Counted from the stretch's first letter, positions 33,396-44,314 are shown. The stretch is DNA of 64,000 nucleotides from Candidatus Latescibacterota bacterium (GCA_965204745.1 OZ242010.1:1728001-1792000), one strand, 5' to 3'. Notes: generated from the letters alone by a model not told the origin. Made by a program: numbers and translations.

Positions 33396-34328
33396 ATGCA
33401 ACTAAAGAGAATAGTCGCGATTGTCTTGGTGGTCTTGACAGGTGCGATCACCACAGCCGAAGCCGTTGAGGTCGTTCTCAAATCCGGTCGCGTCGTGCGC
33501 GGCGAGTTGATTCGAGAAACCGCGACCTCGATTACGCTCCAACTGGCTTCCAGCCGAATCGAGATTTCCAAGTTGAGCATCAAAACCATTGACGGACGCT
33601 CCCCATTTGAACCGCGCAGAGCAACGTCCGCAACATCTGCGGACCTGTTCAACAAAGCCGAGGTGCGAATTTCCGCAGGCGAGTTTCTGATGGGCGATAC
33701 CCGTGACAAAAACGCGCCCGTCCACACAGTGCATCTCGACGCGTATTGGATCGACACGCACGAAGTGACCAACGTGCAGTACCGCGAATTTGTGGCGGAT
33801 AGCAAACGCGCGGAGCCCCGCTATTGGCAGGACGAAAAATACAACAAACCCGATCAGCCCGTCGTTGGGATCTCGTGGGAAGACGCGGATGCGTATTGTG
33901 CGTGGAAGGGCAAACGCCTGCCCACCGAAGCCGAATGGGAGCGCGCGGCCCGAGGCACGCACAGCCAGCTCTATCCATGGGGCGACCGGTTTGACGCCAC
34001 GCGCACCAACACCCGCGAAGCCCGAACCCGCCGCCCCCTTCCCGTGGGCGCGTTTCCGGAAGGCGCGACCAGCGAGGGCCTGCTCGATATGTCGGGCAAT
34101 GTGTGGGAATGGTGCTGGGATTGGTATGACGAATCCTATTATCGCATGTCCCCGCTTCGCAATCCCACCGGGCCGGAAACCGGAAAAAAGCGCGTCATCC
34201 GTGGCGGAGGCTGGAGCGCGCCGCAGATTCACATGGCGAAACGCAGGGGGGAAAAGCCGGATAAGACCTATCCCTCGCTGGGCTTTCGGTGTGCGCGATC
34301 AGATGGCAAAGGCGAGGGTAAAAGGTGA
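33396..34328 (+). CDS. Secreted FGE-sulfatase (SUMF1) domain protein
   Basis: Signal peptide; HEVTN, RLPTEAEWERAARG, YPWG, DMSGNVWEW, LGFRC. Confidence 0.9.
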   Translation: MQLKRIVAIVLVVLTGAITTAEAVEVVLKSGRVVRGELIRETATSITLQLASSRIEISKLSIKTIDGRSPFEPRRATSATSADLFNKAEVRISAGEFLMGDTRDKNAPVHTVHLDAYWIDTHEVTNVQYREFVADSKRAEPRYWQDEKYNKPDQPVVGISWEDADAYCAWKGKRLPTEAEWERAARGTHSQLYPWGDRFDATRTNTREARTRRPLPVGAFPEGATSEGLLDMSGNVWEWCWDWYDESYYRMSPLRNPTGPETGKKRVIRGGGWSAPQIHMAKRRGEKPDKTYPSLGFRCARSDGKGEGKR

Positions 34329-34549
34329 GAGGTGAGACGGGATTTTAGCCACAAAAGGCACAAAAGGCACAAAAGGTGAGACGGGAGAGGTAAGAGGCGA
34401 GAGGTAAGAGGCAAGAGGTAAGAGGCGAGAGGCGAGAGGCGAGAGGCGAGAGGCGAGAGGCGAGAGGTAAGAGGTAAGAGGCGAGAGGCGAGAGGCGAGA
34501 GGCGAGAGGCGAGAGGCGAGAGGCGAGAGGCGAGAGGCGAGAAGGCCAC
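34324..34549 (+). repeat. Composite purine-rich tract: GTGAGA(G/C), CACAAAAGGx3, ~22 G(T/C)(A/G)AGAG heptamers
   Basis: Begins at the upstream stop codon; ends GAGAAGGCCAC. Confidence 0.95.
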
Positions 34550-34638
34550 CCAACCCCAAAAGCGGATCGCGGATGAAATGCGAAATGTAGGGATAGGCTC
34601 CTGTGCTTGGTAAAAAGAGACGCGAAAGGAAGATAAAT

Positions 34639-35067
34639 ATGCGGATAGAGACCCACGAGCGGCTGGTCCGTGATGACCCGATTGAGCGGAGTTCCAATCG
34701 CGCCTTTGGCGTTGTGTTCACCGTTTTGTTCGTTGTTATTGGGCTGTTTCCGTTGCTCAATGGCACGTCGCCCCGCTATTGGTCGCTCGGCGTCGCCGGT
34801 GCCATCCTCATCGTGGCACTCGTCAAAGCGGACTGGTTGGCGCCGTTTAACAAGGTCTGGTTCAAGTTCGGCTTGCTCCTCCACCGCATTGTCAGCCCGA
34901 TAGTTTTGGCCCTGTTGTTCTACGCCGTGGTTGTGCCCACGGGGCTGATCATGCGCGCTTTGGGCAAAGACCTGTTGTGTTTGCAGTACGACCGCGAGGC
35001 CGAGAGTTACTGGATCCATCGCCATCCCCCCGGCCCGAATCCCGAATCCCTGAAAAACCAGTTTTGA
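34639..35067 (+). CDS. SxtJ-family membrane protein
   Basis: SNRAFG, APFNKVWFKFGLLLHRIVSPIVLALLFY..PTGLIMRALGKDLL, SYW, NQF end. Confidence 0.85.
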   Translation: MRIETHERLVRDDPIERSSNRAFGVVFTVLFVVIGLFPLLNGTSPRYWSLGVAGAILIVALVKADWLAPFNKVWFKFGLLLHRIVSPIVLALLFYAVVVPTGLIMRALGKDLLCLQYDREAESYWIHRHPPGPNPESLKNQF

Positions 35068-35075
35068 GGTTTGTC

Positions 35076-35225
35076 ATGTCCTTTCTCCGCGAACTTTGGC
35101 AATTTATGCGCGTCCGCAAAAAGTATTGGCTGTTTCCCATCATCGTCATGATGCTCGTGCTTGGCGGGCTTATCGTGCTGAGTCAAAGCAGCGCAGTCGC
35201 GCCGATGATCTACACGATTTTTTGA
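35076..35225 (+). CDS. DUF5989/SxtK-like small membrane protein
   Basis: MSFLRELWQFMRVRKKYWLFP...SAVAPMIYTIF, 49 aa. Confidence 0.85.
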   Translation: MSFLRELWQFMRVRKKYWLFPIIVMMLVLGGLIVLSQSSAVAPMIYTIF

Positions 35226-35228
35226 GCT

Positions 35229-37055
35229 ATGAAAATTCTCGGTATCTCCGCGTTCTACCACGACAGCGCCGCGGCCCTCGTAGATGACGGGCGAATTGTC
35301 GCCGCCGCGCAAGAAGAGCGGTTCACGCGCGAGAAGCACGACTCGGGCTATCCGACCAACGCTGTCGCTTACTGTCTCGATCAAGCCGGCATCGCGCTCG
35401 GTGAGATCGACCAGATCGCGTTCTACGACAAGCCCTTCCTCAAATTCGAGCGGTTGCTCGAAACCTACATCGCGTTCGCGCCGCGCGGGTTCCGCTCCTT
35501 CTACATGGCAGTTCCCGTGTGGATCAGGGAAAAGTTGTTTCAAAAAGACCTGTTGCGCCGGGAACTAAAAAAACGCGCCCCAGACGTGGATTGGAACGCC
35601 AAGTTGCTGTTCGCCGAACACCACCAATCGCACGCTGCGAGCGCGTTTTATCCGTCTCCCTTCCGAGACGCGGTCGTTTTAACCATGGACGGGGTCGGCG
35701 AGTGGGCCACCACCTCTGTGGGCATTGGTTGCGGCAACGAGTTGGAGATGACGCGAGAGATTCACTTCCCCCATTCCCTGGGGTTGCTCTACTCGGCGTT
35801 CACGTTTTACACGGGCTTCAAGGTCAATTCCGGCGAATACAAGGTGATGGGCCTCGCGCCTTATGGCGATCCGAAATACGCCTCGACCATTCTCGACCAT
35901 CTGATCGACTTGAAGCAGGACGGCACGTTCCGCCTGGACCTCTCCTATTTTGACTACTGCACCGGGCTAAAGATGACGAATGGCAAGTTCGACTCGCTAT
36001 TTGGCGGCCCGCCGCGCAAGCTAGATGAGCCGCTGACGCAACAGCACATGGATTTGGCGGCCTCCGTACAAGCCGTAGTCGAAAAAGCGGTATTGCGCTT
36101 GACCCGCTCATTGCGGGATGAGACCGGCATCCCCTATCTGTGTCTCGCGGGGGGTGTCGCGCTCAACTGCGTCGCCAATGGCAAGGTGCTGCGGGATGGG
36201 CGGTTTGAGGATATCTGGATTCAGCCGGCAGCCGGCGACGCAGGCGGTGCGTTGGGCGCCGCGTTGGCGGCGAGTCATCGCCTATTCGATGCGCCGCGTT
36301 ATTGTGAAGTTGGCGATGCTATGCGCGGCGCCTTGCTCGGTCCCGCATTTGATCAAGCCGCGATTCGCCACGCCCTCGACTCGGCCGGCGCGCACTACGA
36401 GGTGCTATCGGATAAGGCGTTGATCGACGCCACCGTGTCCGCGTTGGCGGATGGCAAGGCCGTGGGCTGGTTTCAGGGCCGGATGGAATTTGGCCCGCGC
36501 GCCCTCGGCAACCGGTCAATTTTGGCAGATGCGCGTTTGCCCACCATGCAAAAGACGCTCAACCTCAAGGTCAAGCACCGCGAATCCTTTCGCCCGTTCG
36601 CACCGAGCGTGCTGCGAGAGGATGTGTCGGATTGGTTCGATCTCGCGTGCGACAGCCCCTATATGTTGCTCGTGGCAGATGTGACGTCCAAACGGCGCAA
36701 GCGCGTGGCTGAAACGCTTTTCGGCATCGACCGCCTAAACGCACCGCACTCGGACATTCCCGCAGTGACGCATGTGGATTACTCGGCCCGCATCCAGACG
36801 GTCCATCGCGAGACCAACCCCCGCTACCACGCGCTACTCAAAGCGTTCAAGGCGAAAACCGATTGCCCGGTCATCGTGAACACCAGCTTTAACGTGCGCG
36901 GCGAACCCATTGTTTGCACGCCCGCTGACGCCTTCCGCTGTTTCATGGGCACGGACATCGACTGCCTCGCTATCGGCAATTGCTTCTTGGAAAAGGAAGA
37001 TCAGGATCCCTCGCTCAAAATTGAAAATTACGAGGACTCGTTCGAGTTGGATTGA
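35229..37055 (+). CDS. O-carbamoyltransferase (NodU/CmcH/SxtI family)
   Basis: YHDSAAA, AQEERF, EHHQSHAASAF, DGVGE, AGGVALNC, MEFGPRALGNRS, HRESFRPFAP, NTSFNVRGEP. Confidence 0.95.
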   Translation: MKILGISAFYHDSAAALVDDGRIVAAAQEERFTREKHDSGYPTNAVAYCLDQAGIALGEIDQIAFYDKPFLKFERLLETYIAFAPRGFRSFYMAVPVWIREKLFQKDLLRRELKKRAPDVDWNAKLLFAEHHQSHAASAFYPSPFRDAVVLTMDGVGEWATTSVGIGCGNELEMTREIHFPHSLGLLYSAFTFYTGFKVNSGEYKVMGLAPYGDPKYASTILDHLIDLKQDGTFRLDLSYFDYCTGLKMTNGKFDSLFGGPPRKLDEPLTQQHMDLAASVQAVVEKAVLRLTRSLRDETGIPYLCLAGGVALNCVANGKVLRDGRFEDIWIQPAAGDAGGALGAALAASHRLFDAPRYCEVGDAMRGALLGPAFDQAAIRHALDSAGAHYEVLSDKALIDATVSALADGKAVGWFQGRMEFGPRALGNRSILADARLPTMQKTLNLKVKHRESFRPFAPSVLREDVSDWFDLACDSPYMLLVADVTSKRRKRVAETLFGIDRLNAPHSDIPAVTHVDYSARIQTVHRETNPRYHALLKAFKAKTDCPVIVNTSFNVRGEPIVCTPADAFRCFMGTDIDCLAIGNCFLEKEDQDPSLKIENYEDSFELD

Positions 37056-37128
37056 GGCATAAAGACAGAACGCGCAGGCGGGAATGATCGGGAGCAAAAC
37101 ATGACTGCCAGAAAGGAAGAGATACATC

Positions 37129-38427
37129 ATGGCAGACTCCGAAACGCACGGCTTAAAAACGCCTCTGAGAAAAACCCGTCGTGTACTCCGATTGATCGGC
37201 TGGAACCTGTTACTTACGCTCGCGGGCTTGGCTTTGATCGCGCTGACTGGGGAAGTCTATCTCCGGCTGAAAAGGTCGATGATGCCGTTCACCACATGGA
37301 GATATCCCTTACACTTTGTCCCAAAGGTAGGTTTGATACCGAAACCCAACGCCGAGGTGCGCTGGACAAACCATCGTGATTTCTGGACCATCTCTCGAAC
37401 CAACAGCCTCGGGTTTCTCGACCGTGAACCCATCCGTTCTGAACGCGCCGCCGAAAGTTGTCACATCGCGATGATCGGAGATTCGTTCGTCCAAGCCAAA
37501 GAGGTGTCCATCGCCGATAAGTTTCATGTCCGCCTCGAAGAACTCGCCACCCAAGAGTTGCCCCACTTGGACATCACCACGTCGGCATTTGGGATAGGGG
37601 GCATCGGACAGATCAACCAACTGCCGTATTACGATGAATTTGCGCGGCATCTGTCTCCCAAACTCGTCGTGCTCGTTTTTGTTGACAACGACTTCAGGAA
37701 CAACACCCCTATCCTGGCCGCGTTGGATTGGAAAGTCCATCCGGACCGGCAACCATTCGTCACGGCAACAAGAGATGAGAACGGTACTATAAAACTGCGG
37801 CCACCCCACCCGGATTGGCAGAGGTTCCCGAGGTTCCCGAGGTTCATATTGCCCCAAGCCCTTGATAGGCATATCGTTAGGTACCAGCAACATTGGTCCT
37901 ACTTCGTGCAAGAGTTACGCCACAATATATCCGCCTTGTTTCCATCCCAATCTCCTTACCTGACTGCCTGGTTGAAATTATTGAGCGGAGACCCCGCCTA
38001 CGAATCGCTGTTTAATGGAGGGCAACCGAAGACTCTGGCGGATATCCCGCATCAGTTTGAGAAAAAGACTCTGTTGCCCGCCTTTAAGAAAGAGTTGGCG
38101 TTCACGGCTTTTGCCTTGGATCAATTTAAGGAACGCACCGAGCGCGACGGTGCCTCATTGGTCATCTTGGCGAGCTACACCATGGGCACTCGAGGTCATG
38201 CTCCCTTTGGTCACATGAGCGCCTTGACCGAGGTCCGCAACATTCCCGTTATTGACCAGTACGACTATATCCACCGTCAAGGTGCCGATCCTGAAAGAGA
38301 CCCGAGATGGGCAAACGATGGGCACTGGAATGTCGCCGGACATCAATGGGCTGCCGAAGCCCTGCTCGAATATCTCAAGGAAAACCCGGAAATTTGCACT
38401 CGGCCGGCAGACACAAGAGCACCCTGA
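37129..38427 (+). CDS. Membrane-anchored SGNH-family protein, copy 1
   Basis: N-terminal TM; IGDSFV, FVDND, DGHWN. Confidence 0.85.
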   Translation: MADSETHGLKTPLRKTRRVLRLIGWNLLLTLAGLALIALTGEVYLRLKRSMMPFTTWRYPLHFVPKVGLIPKPNAEVRWTNHRDFWTISRTNSLGFLDREPIRSERAAESCHIAMIGDSFVQAKEVSIADKFHVRLEELATQELPHLDITTSAFGIGGIGQINQLPYYDEFARHLSPKLVVLVFVDNDFRNNTPILAALDWKVHPDRQPFVTATRDENGTIKLRPPHPDWQRFPRFPRFILPQALDRHIVRYQQHWSYFVQELRHNISALFPSQSPYLTAWLKLLSGDPAYESLFNGGQPKTLADIPHQFEKKTLLPAFKKELAFTAFALDQFKERTERDGASLVILASYTMGTRGHAPFGHMSALTEVRNIPVIDQYDYIHRQGADPERDPRWANDGHWNVAGHQWAAEALLEYLKENPEICTRPADTRAP

Positions 38428-38482
38428 CACGCCTAAGATAGGGCACGAGACATTGGATGGAAAGAAAAAGGAAAGAAGTATC

Positions 38483-39760
38483 ATGGCAGACTCCGAAACG
38501 CACGGCTTAAAAACGCCTCCAGGAAAAATTCGCCATGTCCTGCGGGTGATCGCCTATAATGTTTTGTTCACGGTTATCGGTCTGGGTTTTATCGCGCTGA
38601 CTGGGGAAGTTTATCTTCGGCTGAAAAGGTCAATGCTTCCGTTCGCTACAGATAGATATCCCTTACACTTTGTCCCAAAGGTAGGTTTGGTGCTGAAACC
38701 CAACACCGAGGTGCGCGCGACAAACCATCGTGATTTCTGGACCATCTCTCGAACCAACAGCCTCGGGTTTCTCGACCGCGAACCCATCGGTTCTGACTGC
38801 GCCGCCGAAAGTTGTCACATCACCATGATCGGCGATTCCTTTGTTTTAGCCGGAGAGGTGCCCATCGCCGATAAGTTTCACGTTCGCCTTGAAGAACTCG
38901 CCGCCCGGCACCTGCCCCACTTGGACATCACCACGTCGGCATTTGGGATAAGGAACACCGGACAGATCAATCAACTGCCGTATTACGATGAATTTGCGCG
39001 GCATCTGTCTCCCAAACTCGTCGTGCTCGTTTTTGTTGACAACGACTTCAGAAACAACTCACCATTCCTGGCCGCGTTGTCGTGGAAAGTCCATCCGGAC
39101 CGGCAACCATTCGTCACGGCAACAAGAGATGAGAACGGTACCATAAAACTGCGACCACCCCACCCGGATTGGCAGAGGTTCCAGAGGTTCATATTGCCCC
39201 AACCCCTTGATAGGCATATCGTTAGGGACCAGCAACATTGGTCCTACTTCGTGCAAGAGTTGCGCCACGATATATCCGCCTTGTTTCCATCCCAATCTCC
39301 TTACCTGACTGCCTGGTTGAAATTATTGAGCGACCACCCCGCCTACGAATCGCTGTTTAATGGAGGGCAACCGAAGACTCTGGCGGATATCCCGCATCAG
39401 TTTGAGAAAAAGACGCTGTTGCCCGCCTTTGAGAAAGAGTTGGCGTTCACGGCCTTTGCCTTGGATCAATTTAAGGAACGCACCGAGCGCGACAAAGCCT
39501 CATTGGTCATCTTGGCGAGCTACACCATGGGCACTCGAGGTCACGGCTACTTTGATCACCTGAGTGCCTTGGCCGAGGTCCGCGGCATTCCCGTTATTGA
39601 CCAGTACGATTATATCCACCGTCAAGGTGCCGATCCTGAAAAAGACCCGAGATGGGCAAACGATTACCACTGGAACATCCAAGGTCATCAATGGGCCGCC
39701 GAAGCCCTGCTTGAATATCTCAAGGAAAACCCGGAAATTTGCAGAAAAAAAACGCCCTGA
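38483..39760 (+). CDS. Membrane-anchored SGNH-family protein, copy 2
   Basis: Paralog; IGDSFV, DYHWN. Confidence 0.85.
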   Translation: MADSETHGLKTPPGKIRHVLRVIAYNVLFTVIGLGFIALTGEVYLRLKRSMLPFATDRYPLHFVPKVGLVLKPNTEVRATNHRDFWTISRTNSLGFLDREPIGSDCAAESCHITMIGDSFVLAGEVPIADKFHVRLEELAARHLPHLDITTSAFGIRNTGQINQLPYYDEFARHLSPKLVVLVFVDNDFRNNSPFLAALSWKVHPDRQPFVTATRDENGTIKLRPPHPDWQRFQRFILPQPLDRHIVRDQQHWSYFVQELRHDISALFPSQSPYLTAWLKLLSDHPAYESLFNGGQPKTLADIPHQFEKKTLLPAFEKELAFTAFALDQFKERTERDKASLVILASYTMGTRGHGYFDHLSALAEVRGIPVIDQYDYIHRQGADPEKDPRWANDYHWNIQGHQWAAEALLEYLKENPEICRKKTP

Positions 39761-39869
39761 CGCATTTTAAGACAGAGCACGGGATGACGGGCAATAGGCA
39801 TAAAGACGGAACGCGCAGGCGGGAATGATCAGGAGCAAAACATGACTGCTAGAAAGGGAGAGATACATC

Positions 39870-41180
39870 ATGGCGGACACGGAGCCAAAAATCACAAATT
39901 CAATAAAAACGATAATTTATCCCCCCAGAAAAATTCGCCGTGTGTTGCGAGTGATCGTCTGTAATGTGTTATTCACGTTTATCGGTCTAGGTCTCATCGC
40001 GCTGACTGGGGAAGTCTATCTCCGGCTGAAAAGGCCAATGATGCCGTTCTCTACATATAGCTATCCCTTACATAGATATCCCTTACACTTTAGCCCAAAG
40101 GTAGGTTTGGTGCTGAAACCCAACGCCGAGTTGCACGCGATAAACCATAGTGATTTCTGGACCATCTCTCGAACCAACAGCCTCGGGTTTCTCGACCGTG
40201 AACCCATCCGTTCTGAACGCGCCGCCGAAAGTTGTCACATCACGATGATCGGCGATTCCTTTGTCCACGCCCAAGAGGTGCCCATCGCCGATAAGTTTCA
40301 CGTCCGCCTCGAAGAACGCGCCGCCCGGCACCTGCCCCACTTGGACATCACCACGTCGGCATTTGGGATAGCGAACACCGGACAGATCAACCAACTGCCG
40401 CTTTACGATGAATTTGCGCGGCATCTGTCTCCCAAACTCGTCGTGCTCGTTTTTGTTAACAACGACTTCAGGAACAACTCACCATTCCTTGCCGCGTTGT
40501 CGTGGGAAGTCCATCCGGACCGGCAACCATTCGTCACGGCAACAAGAGATGAGAACGGTACCATGAAACTGCGACCACCCCACCCGGATTGGCTGAGGTT
40601 CAGATTGTCCCAAGCCCGTGATAGGCATGTCGCTAAGGACCAGTACGTTAGGTCCTACTTCGTGCAAGGGTTACGCCACAATATATCCGCCTTGTTTCCA
40701 TCCCAACAGCCTTTGCCTAACTGGGTGAAACTTTTGAGCGACCACCCCGGCTACGAATCGCTGTTTAATGGATGGCAACCGAAGATTCGGGCGGAGATCC
40801 AGCAGCAGTTTGAGAAAAAGACGCTGTTGCCCGCCTTTGAGAAAGAGTTGGCGTTCACGGCCTTTGCCTTGGATCAATTTAAGGAACGCACCGAGCGCGA
40901 CGGCGCCTCATTGGTCATCTTGGCGAGCTACACCATGGGCACTCGAGGTCATGCTCCCTTTGATCACATGAGTGCTTTAGCCGAGGCCCGCGGCATTCCC
41001 GTTATTGACCAGTACGATTATATCCACCGTCAAGGTGCCGATCCTGAAAGAGACCCGAGATGGACAAACGATTGGCACTGGAATGGCGCCGGACATCAAT
41101 GGGCCGCCGAAGCCCTGCTCGAATATCTCAAGAAAAACCCGGAAATTTGCACTCGGCCGGCGGACAAAGGAACGCCCTGA
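39870..41180 (+). CDS. Membrane-anchored SGNH-family protein, copy 3
   Basis: Paralog; IGDSFV, DWHWN. Confidence 0.85.
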   Translation: MADTEPKITNSIKTIIYPPRKIRRVLRVIVCNVLFTFIGLGLIALTGEVYLRLKRPMMPFSTYSYPLHRYPLHFSPKVGLVLKPNAELHAINHSDFWTISRTNSLGFLDREPIRSERAAESCHITMIGDSFVHAQEVPIADKFHVRLEERAARHLPHLDITTSAFGIANTGQINQLPLYDEFARHLSPKLVVLVFVNNDFRNNSPFLAALSWEVHPDRQPFVTATRDENGTMKLRPPHPDWLRFRLSQARDRHVAKDQYVRSYFVQGLRHNISALFPSQQPLPNWVKLLSDHPGYESLFNGWQPKIRAEIQQQFEKKTLLPAFEKELAFTAFALDQFKERTERDGASLVILASYTMGTRGHAPFDHMSALAEARGIPVIDQYDYIHRQGADPERDPRWTNDWHWNGAGHQWAAEALLEYLKKNPEICTRPADKGTP

Positions 41181-41331
41181 CACGCCTAAGACAGGGCATG
41201 GGATTGACGGGCAATAGGCATAAGCAGGCGGGAAGAAACGCGCACAATCGGCTTCACAAGAAGACAAAGACGCCTTATCGGGCAACGCCGCCCTGGCAAG
41301 CCCTATCAGGCAAACAGAACGAGATTCAGCC

Positions 41332-42882
41332 ATGCACGCACGGCGCAAATTGCCCATCGGCATTCAGACCTTTCGCGAGATTCGCACACAGAACCACTAC
41401 TACGTCGACAAGACCGCCTACATTCGGCGGCTGGTGGACGAAGGCAAGCATTACTTTCTTTCCCGGCCACGGCGGTTTGGCAAAAGCCTGCTGATCGATA
41501 CCCTCAAGGAACTGTTTGAGGGCAACGAGCCGCTGTTTGAGGGGTTGGACATTCATGCGTGCTGGGACTGGTCGGTTCGCTACCCTGTGGTGCGGCTGAG
41601 CTTTGGCGGAGGCGACTTCAAGGTGCCGGGTTACTTACACACGAACCTGATGGCGCAGTTGGACGCCGTCGAACGACAGATGCAAGTGGTTTCCAAATAC
41701 GCCACGGCACCGGAGCGTTTCGGCCATCTCATCGAGATGTTGCACATCCGCGCTGGGCAACCCGTCGCGGTGCTGGTGGACGAATACGACAAGCCGATCT
41801 TAGATGCGCTGGAGCAACCGGCGGTCGCCCGGGACAACCGCGACTTTCTGCGCGGCCTCTATGGCGTCATCAAGGACTGCGACGCGCATGTCAAGTTCAC
41901 CCTGTTGACTGGCGTGAGCAAGTTCTCCAAGGTCAGCCTGTTCTCCGGTCTCAACAATCTCAGGGACATCACCCTCGCTTCGCGCTACTCCGCCTTGTGC
42001 GGCTACACCGATGCGGACCTAGACACGGTATTTGCGCCGGAACTCCCCGGCTTAGACCGAGACGAGATCCGCCGCTGGTACAATGGCTACAACTGGCTGG
42101 GCGAGGAGAAAGTCTATAACCCCTTTGACATCCTCCTGCTCTTCGCCGAGCGCAAATTCGGTGCCTACTGGTTCGAGACCGGCACGCCGGCTTTTCTGCT
42201 CGACATGCTGGTGGCGCGTGGAGTCGGTGCCCTAACACTCGACAACCTGCTCGGCAGTGACGAGTTGCTGTCCGCCTTCGATGTCGATCACATCGCCACC
42301 GAGGCCCTGTTGTTCCAGACCGGCTATCTGACCATCCAAAAGGCAGAAGACCGCGGCGGGCAAATGTTCTACCGGTTGGGCTATCCGAACCGGGAGGTGC
42401 GGCAGAGCCTGAACAGAAGCCTGCTGAACCGCTTGACGGAAAACCCCTCGCGCCAGACCCAGCACAGTGCCCGGTTGTTCGACCTGTTGCTGGTCAACGA
42501 CTTCGCCGGCTTGGAGGCACTGTTCAAGGCTTTCTTCGCCGGCATTCCCTACCAGTGGCACGCGAAGAACAACATCGCCGATTACGAGGGCTATTACGCC
42601 AGCGTGTTCTATTCCTGCTTCGCGTCGCTAGGGTTGGACATCACCGTAGAAGACAGCAGCAGTCATGGTCGTCTGGATATGGCGGTGGTCTTCAACGACA
42701 ACGTGTATTTGTTCGAGTTCAAGGTGGTGGAGAATGCCTCTGTAGGCGCGGGACTGGCGCAGTTGCGGGCGCGAGGTTACGCGGATAAGTATCGGCCTCT
42801 GGGGCATCCGATTCACCTGGTCGGGGTGGCGTTCAGCAAGGCGACCCGCAACGTGGCGGCCTTTGAGGTGGCGCAGGCGTGA
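41332..42882 (+). CDS. AAA-ATPase-like protein with C-terminal PD-(D/E)XK nuclease
   Basis: LPIGIQTF, YYVDKT, RPRRFGKS, LVDEYDKP, GRLDM..FEFK. Confidence 0.9.
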   Translation: MHARRKLPIGIQTFREIRTQNHYYVDKTAYIRRLVDEGKHYFLSRPRRFGKSLLIDTLKELFEGNEPLFEGLDIHACWDWSVRYPVVRLSFGGGDFKVPGYLHTNLMAQLDAVERQMQVVSKYATAPERFGHLIEMLHIRAGQPVAVLVDEYDKPILDALEQPAVARDNRDFLRGLYGVIKDCDAHVKFTLLTGVSKFSKVSLFSGLNNLRDITLASRYSALCGYTDADLDTVFAPELPGLDRDEIRRWYNGYNWLGEEKVYNPFDILLLFAERKFGAYWFETGTPAFLLDMLVARGVGALTLDNLLGSDELLSAFDVDHIATEALLFQTGYLTIQKAEDRGGQMFYRLGYPNREVRQSLNRSLLNRLTENPSRQTQHSARLFDLLLVNDFAGLEALFKAFFAGIPYQWHAKNNIADYEGYYASVFYSCFASLGLDITVEDSSSHGRLDMAVVFNDNVYLFEFKVVENASVGAGLAQLRARGYADKYRPLGHPIHLVGVAFSKATRNVAAFEVAQA

Positions 42883-42967
42883 TCGACCATTGCTTGTTGC
42901 AAAAAGAAGATCAGGATCCCTCGCTCAAAATTGAAAATTACGGGGACTCGTTCGAGTTGGATTGAGG
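42881..42967 (+). repeat. Duplicated 3' end of the carbamoyltransferase gene
   Basis: GAAGATCAGGATCCCTCGCTCAAAATTGAAAATTACG(G/A)GGACTCGTTCGAGTTGGATTGAGG also at ~36996-37057. Confidence 0.9.
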
Positions 42968-43030
42968 AATGCAGACAGAACGCGCAGGCGGGAAGAACAC
43001 GGGCATATTGCAAAAAAGGAAAGAAGTGTC

Positions 43031-44314
43031 ATGGCAGACCCCGAAACACACGGCTTAAAAACGCCTCCAAGAAAAACCCGTCGTGTACTCCGATTGATCG
43101 GATGGAACCTGTTACTTACGCTCGCGAGCTTGGCTTTGATCGCGCTGACCGGAGAAGTCTATCTCCGGCTGAAAAGGTCAATGATGCCGTTCTATATAAA
43201 TAGATATCACTGGCACTTTGTCCCAAAGGTAGGTTTGGTGACGAAACCCAACGCCGAGATGCACATGACAAACCATCGTGATTTCTGGACCATCTCTCGA
43301 ACCAACAGCCTCGGCTTCCTCGACCGCGAACCCATCAGTCCCGAACGCGCCGCCGAAAGTTGTCACATCGCGATGATCGGCGATTCCTTTGTCGAAGCCA
43401 AAGAGGTGTCCATCGACGATAAGTTTCACGTCCGTCTCGAAGAACTCGCCACCCAAGAGTTGCCCCACTTGGACATCACCACGTCGGCATTTGGGATAGG
43501 GGGCATCGGACAGATCAACCAACTGCCGTATTACGATGAATTTGCGCGGCATCTGTCTCCCAAACTCGTCGTGCTCGTTTTTGTTCAAAACGACTTCAGG
43601 AACAACTCCCCTATCCTGACCGCGTTGTGGCGGGCTGTCCATCCGGACCGACAACCATACGTCACGGCGACAAGAGATGAGAACGGTACCATAAAACTGC
43701 GACCACCCCATCCGGATTGGCAGAGGTTCAGATTGCCCCGAGCCCGTGATAGGCATATCGGTCAGGACCAGCACGTTAGGTCCTACTTCGTGCAAGGGTT
43801 ACGCCACAATATATCCGCCTTGTTTCCATCCCAACATCCTTACCTGCTGCCTGACCGGATGAAATTATTGAGCGGACACCCCGGCTACGAATCGCTGTTT
43901 AGTGGATGGCAACCGAAGACTCTGACGGAGATCCATCAGCAGTTTGAGAAAAAGACGCTGTTGCCCGCCTTTGAGAAAGAGTTGGCGTTCACCGCCTTTG
44001 CCTTGGATCAATTTAAGGAACGCACCGAGCGCGACGAAGCCTCATTGGTCATCTTGGCGAGCCACACCATGGGCACTCGAGGTCATGCTCCCTTTGATCA
44101 CATGAGCGCCTTGGCCGAGGTCCGCAACATTCCCGTTATTGACCAGTACGACTACATCCGCCGTCAAGGTGCCGATCCTGAAAGAGACGCGACATGGGCA
44201 AACGATCCGCACTGGAATGTCGCCGGACATCAATGGGCTGCCGAAGCTCTGCTCGAATATCTCAAGGAAAATCCACAAGTTTGTACAAGACCGGCAGATA
44301 TAGGAACGCCCTGA
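43031..44314 (+). CDS. Membrane-anchored SGNH-family protein, copy 4
   Basis: Paralog; IGDSFV, DPHWN. Confidence 0.85.
   Translation: MADPETHGLKTPPRKTRRVLRLIGWNLLLTLASLALIALTGEVYLRLKRSMMPFYINRYHWHFVPKVGLVTKPNAEMHMTNHRDFWTISRTNSLGFLDREPISPERAAESCHIAMIGDSFVEAKEVSIDDKFHVRLEELATQELPHLDITTSAFGIGGIGQINQLPYYDEFARHLSPKLVVLVFVQNDFRNNSPILTALWRAVHPDRQPYVTATRDENGTIKLRPPHPDWQRFRLPRARDRHIGQDQHVRSYFVQGLRHNISALFPSQHPYLLPDRMKLLSGHPGYESLFSGWQPKTLTEIHQQFEKKTLLPAFEKELAFTAFALDQFKERTERDEASLVILASHTMGTRGHAPFDHMSALAEVRNIPVIDQYDYIRRQGADPERDATWANDPHWNVAGHQWAAEALLEYLKENPQVCTRPADIGTP

Noticed and set aside
33396-34328. FGE/C-type-lectin-fold gene as a DGR target
   Set aside because: No second copy of its 3' region in the window
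34639-37055. Saxitoxin biosynthesis cluster
   Set aside because: Only sxtI/J/K-like genes, which occur widely; no sxtA, sxtG or sxtB
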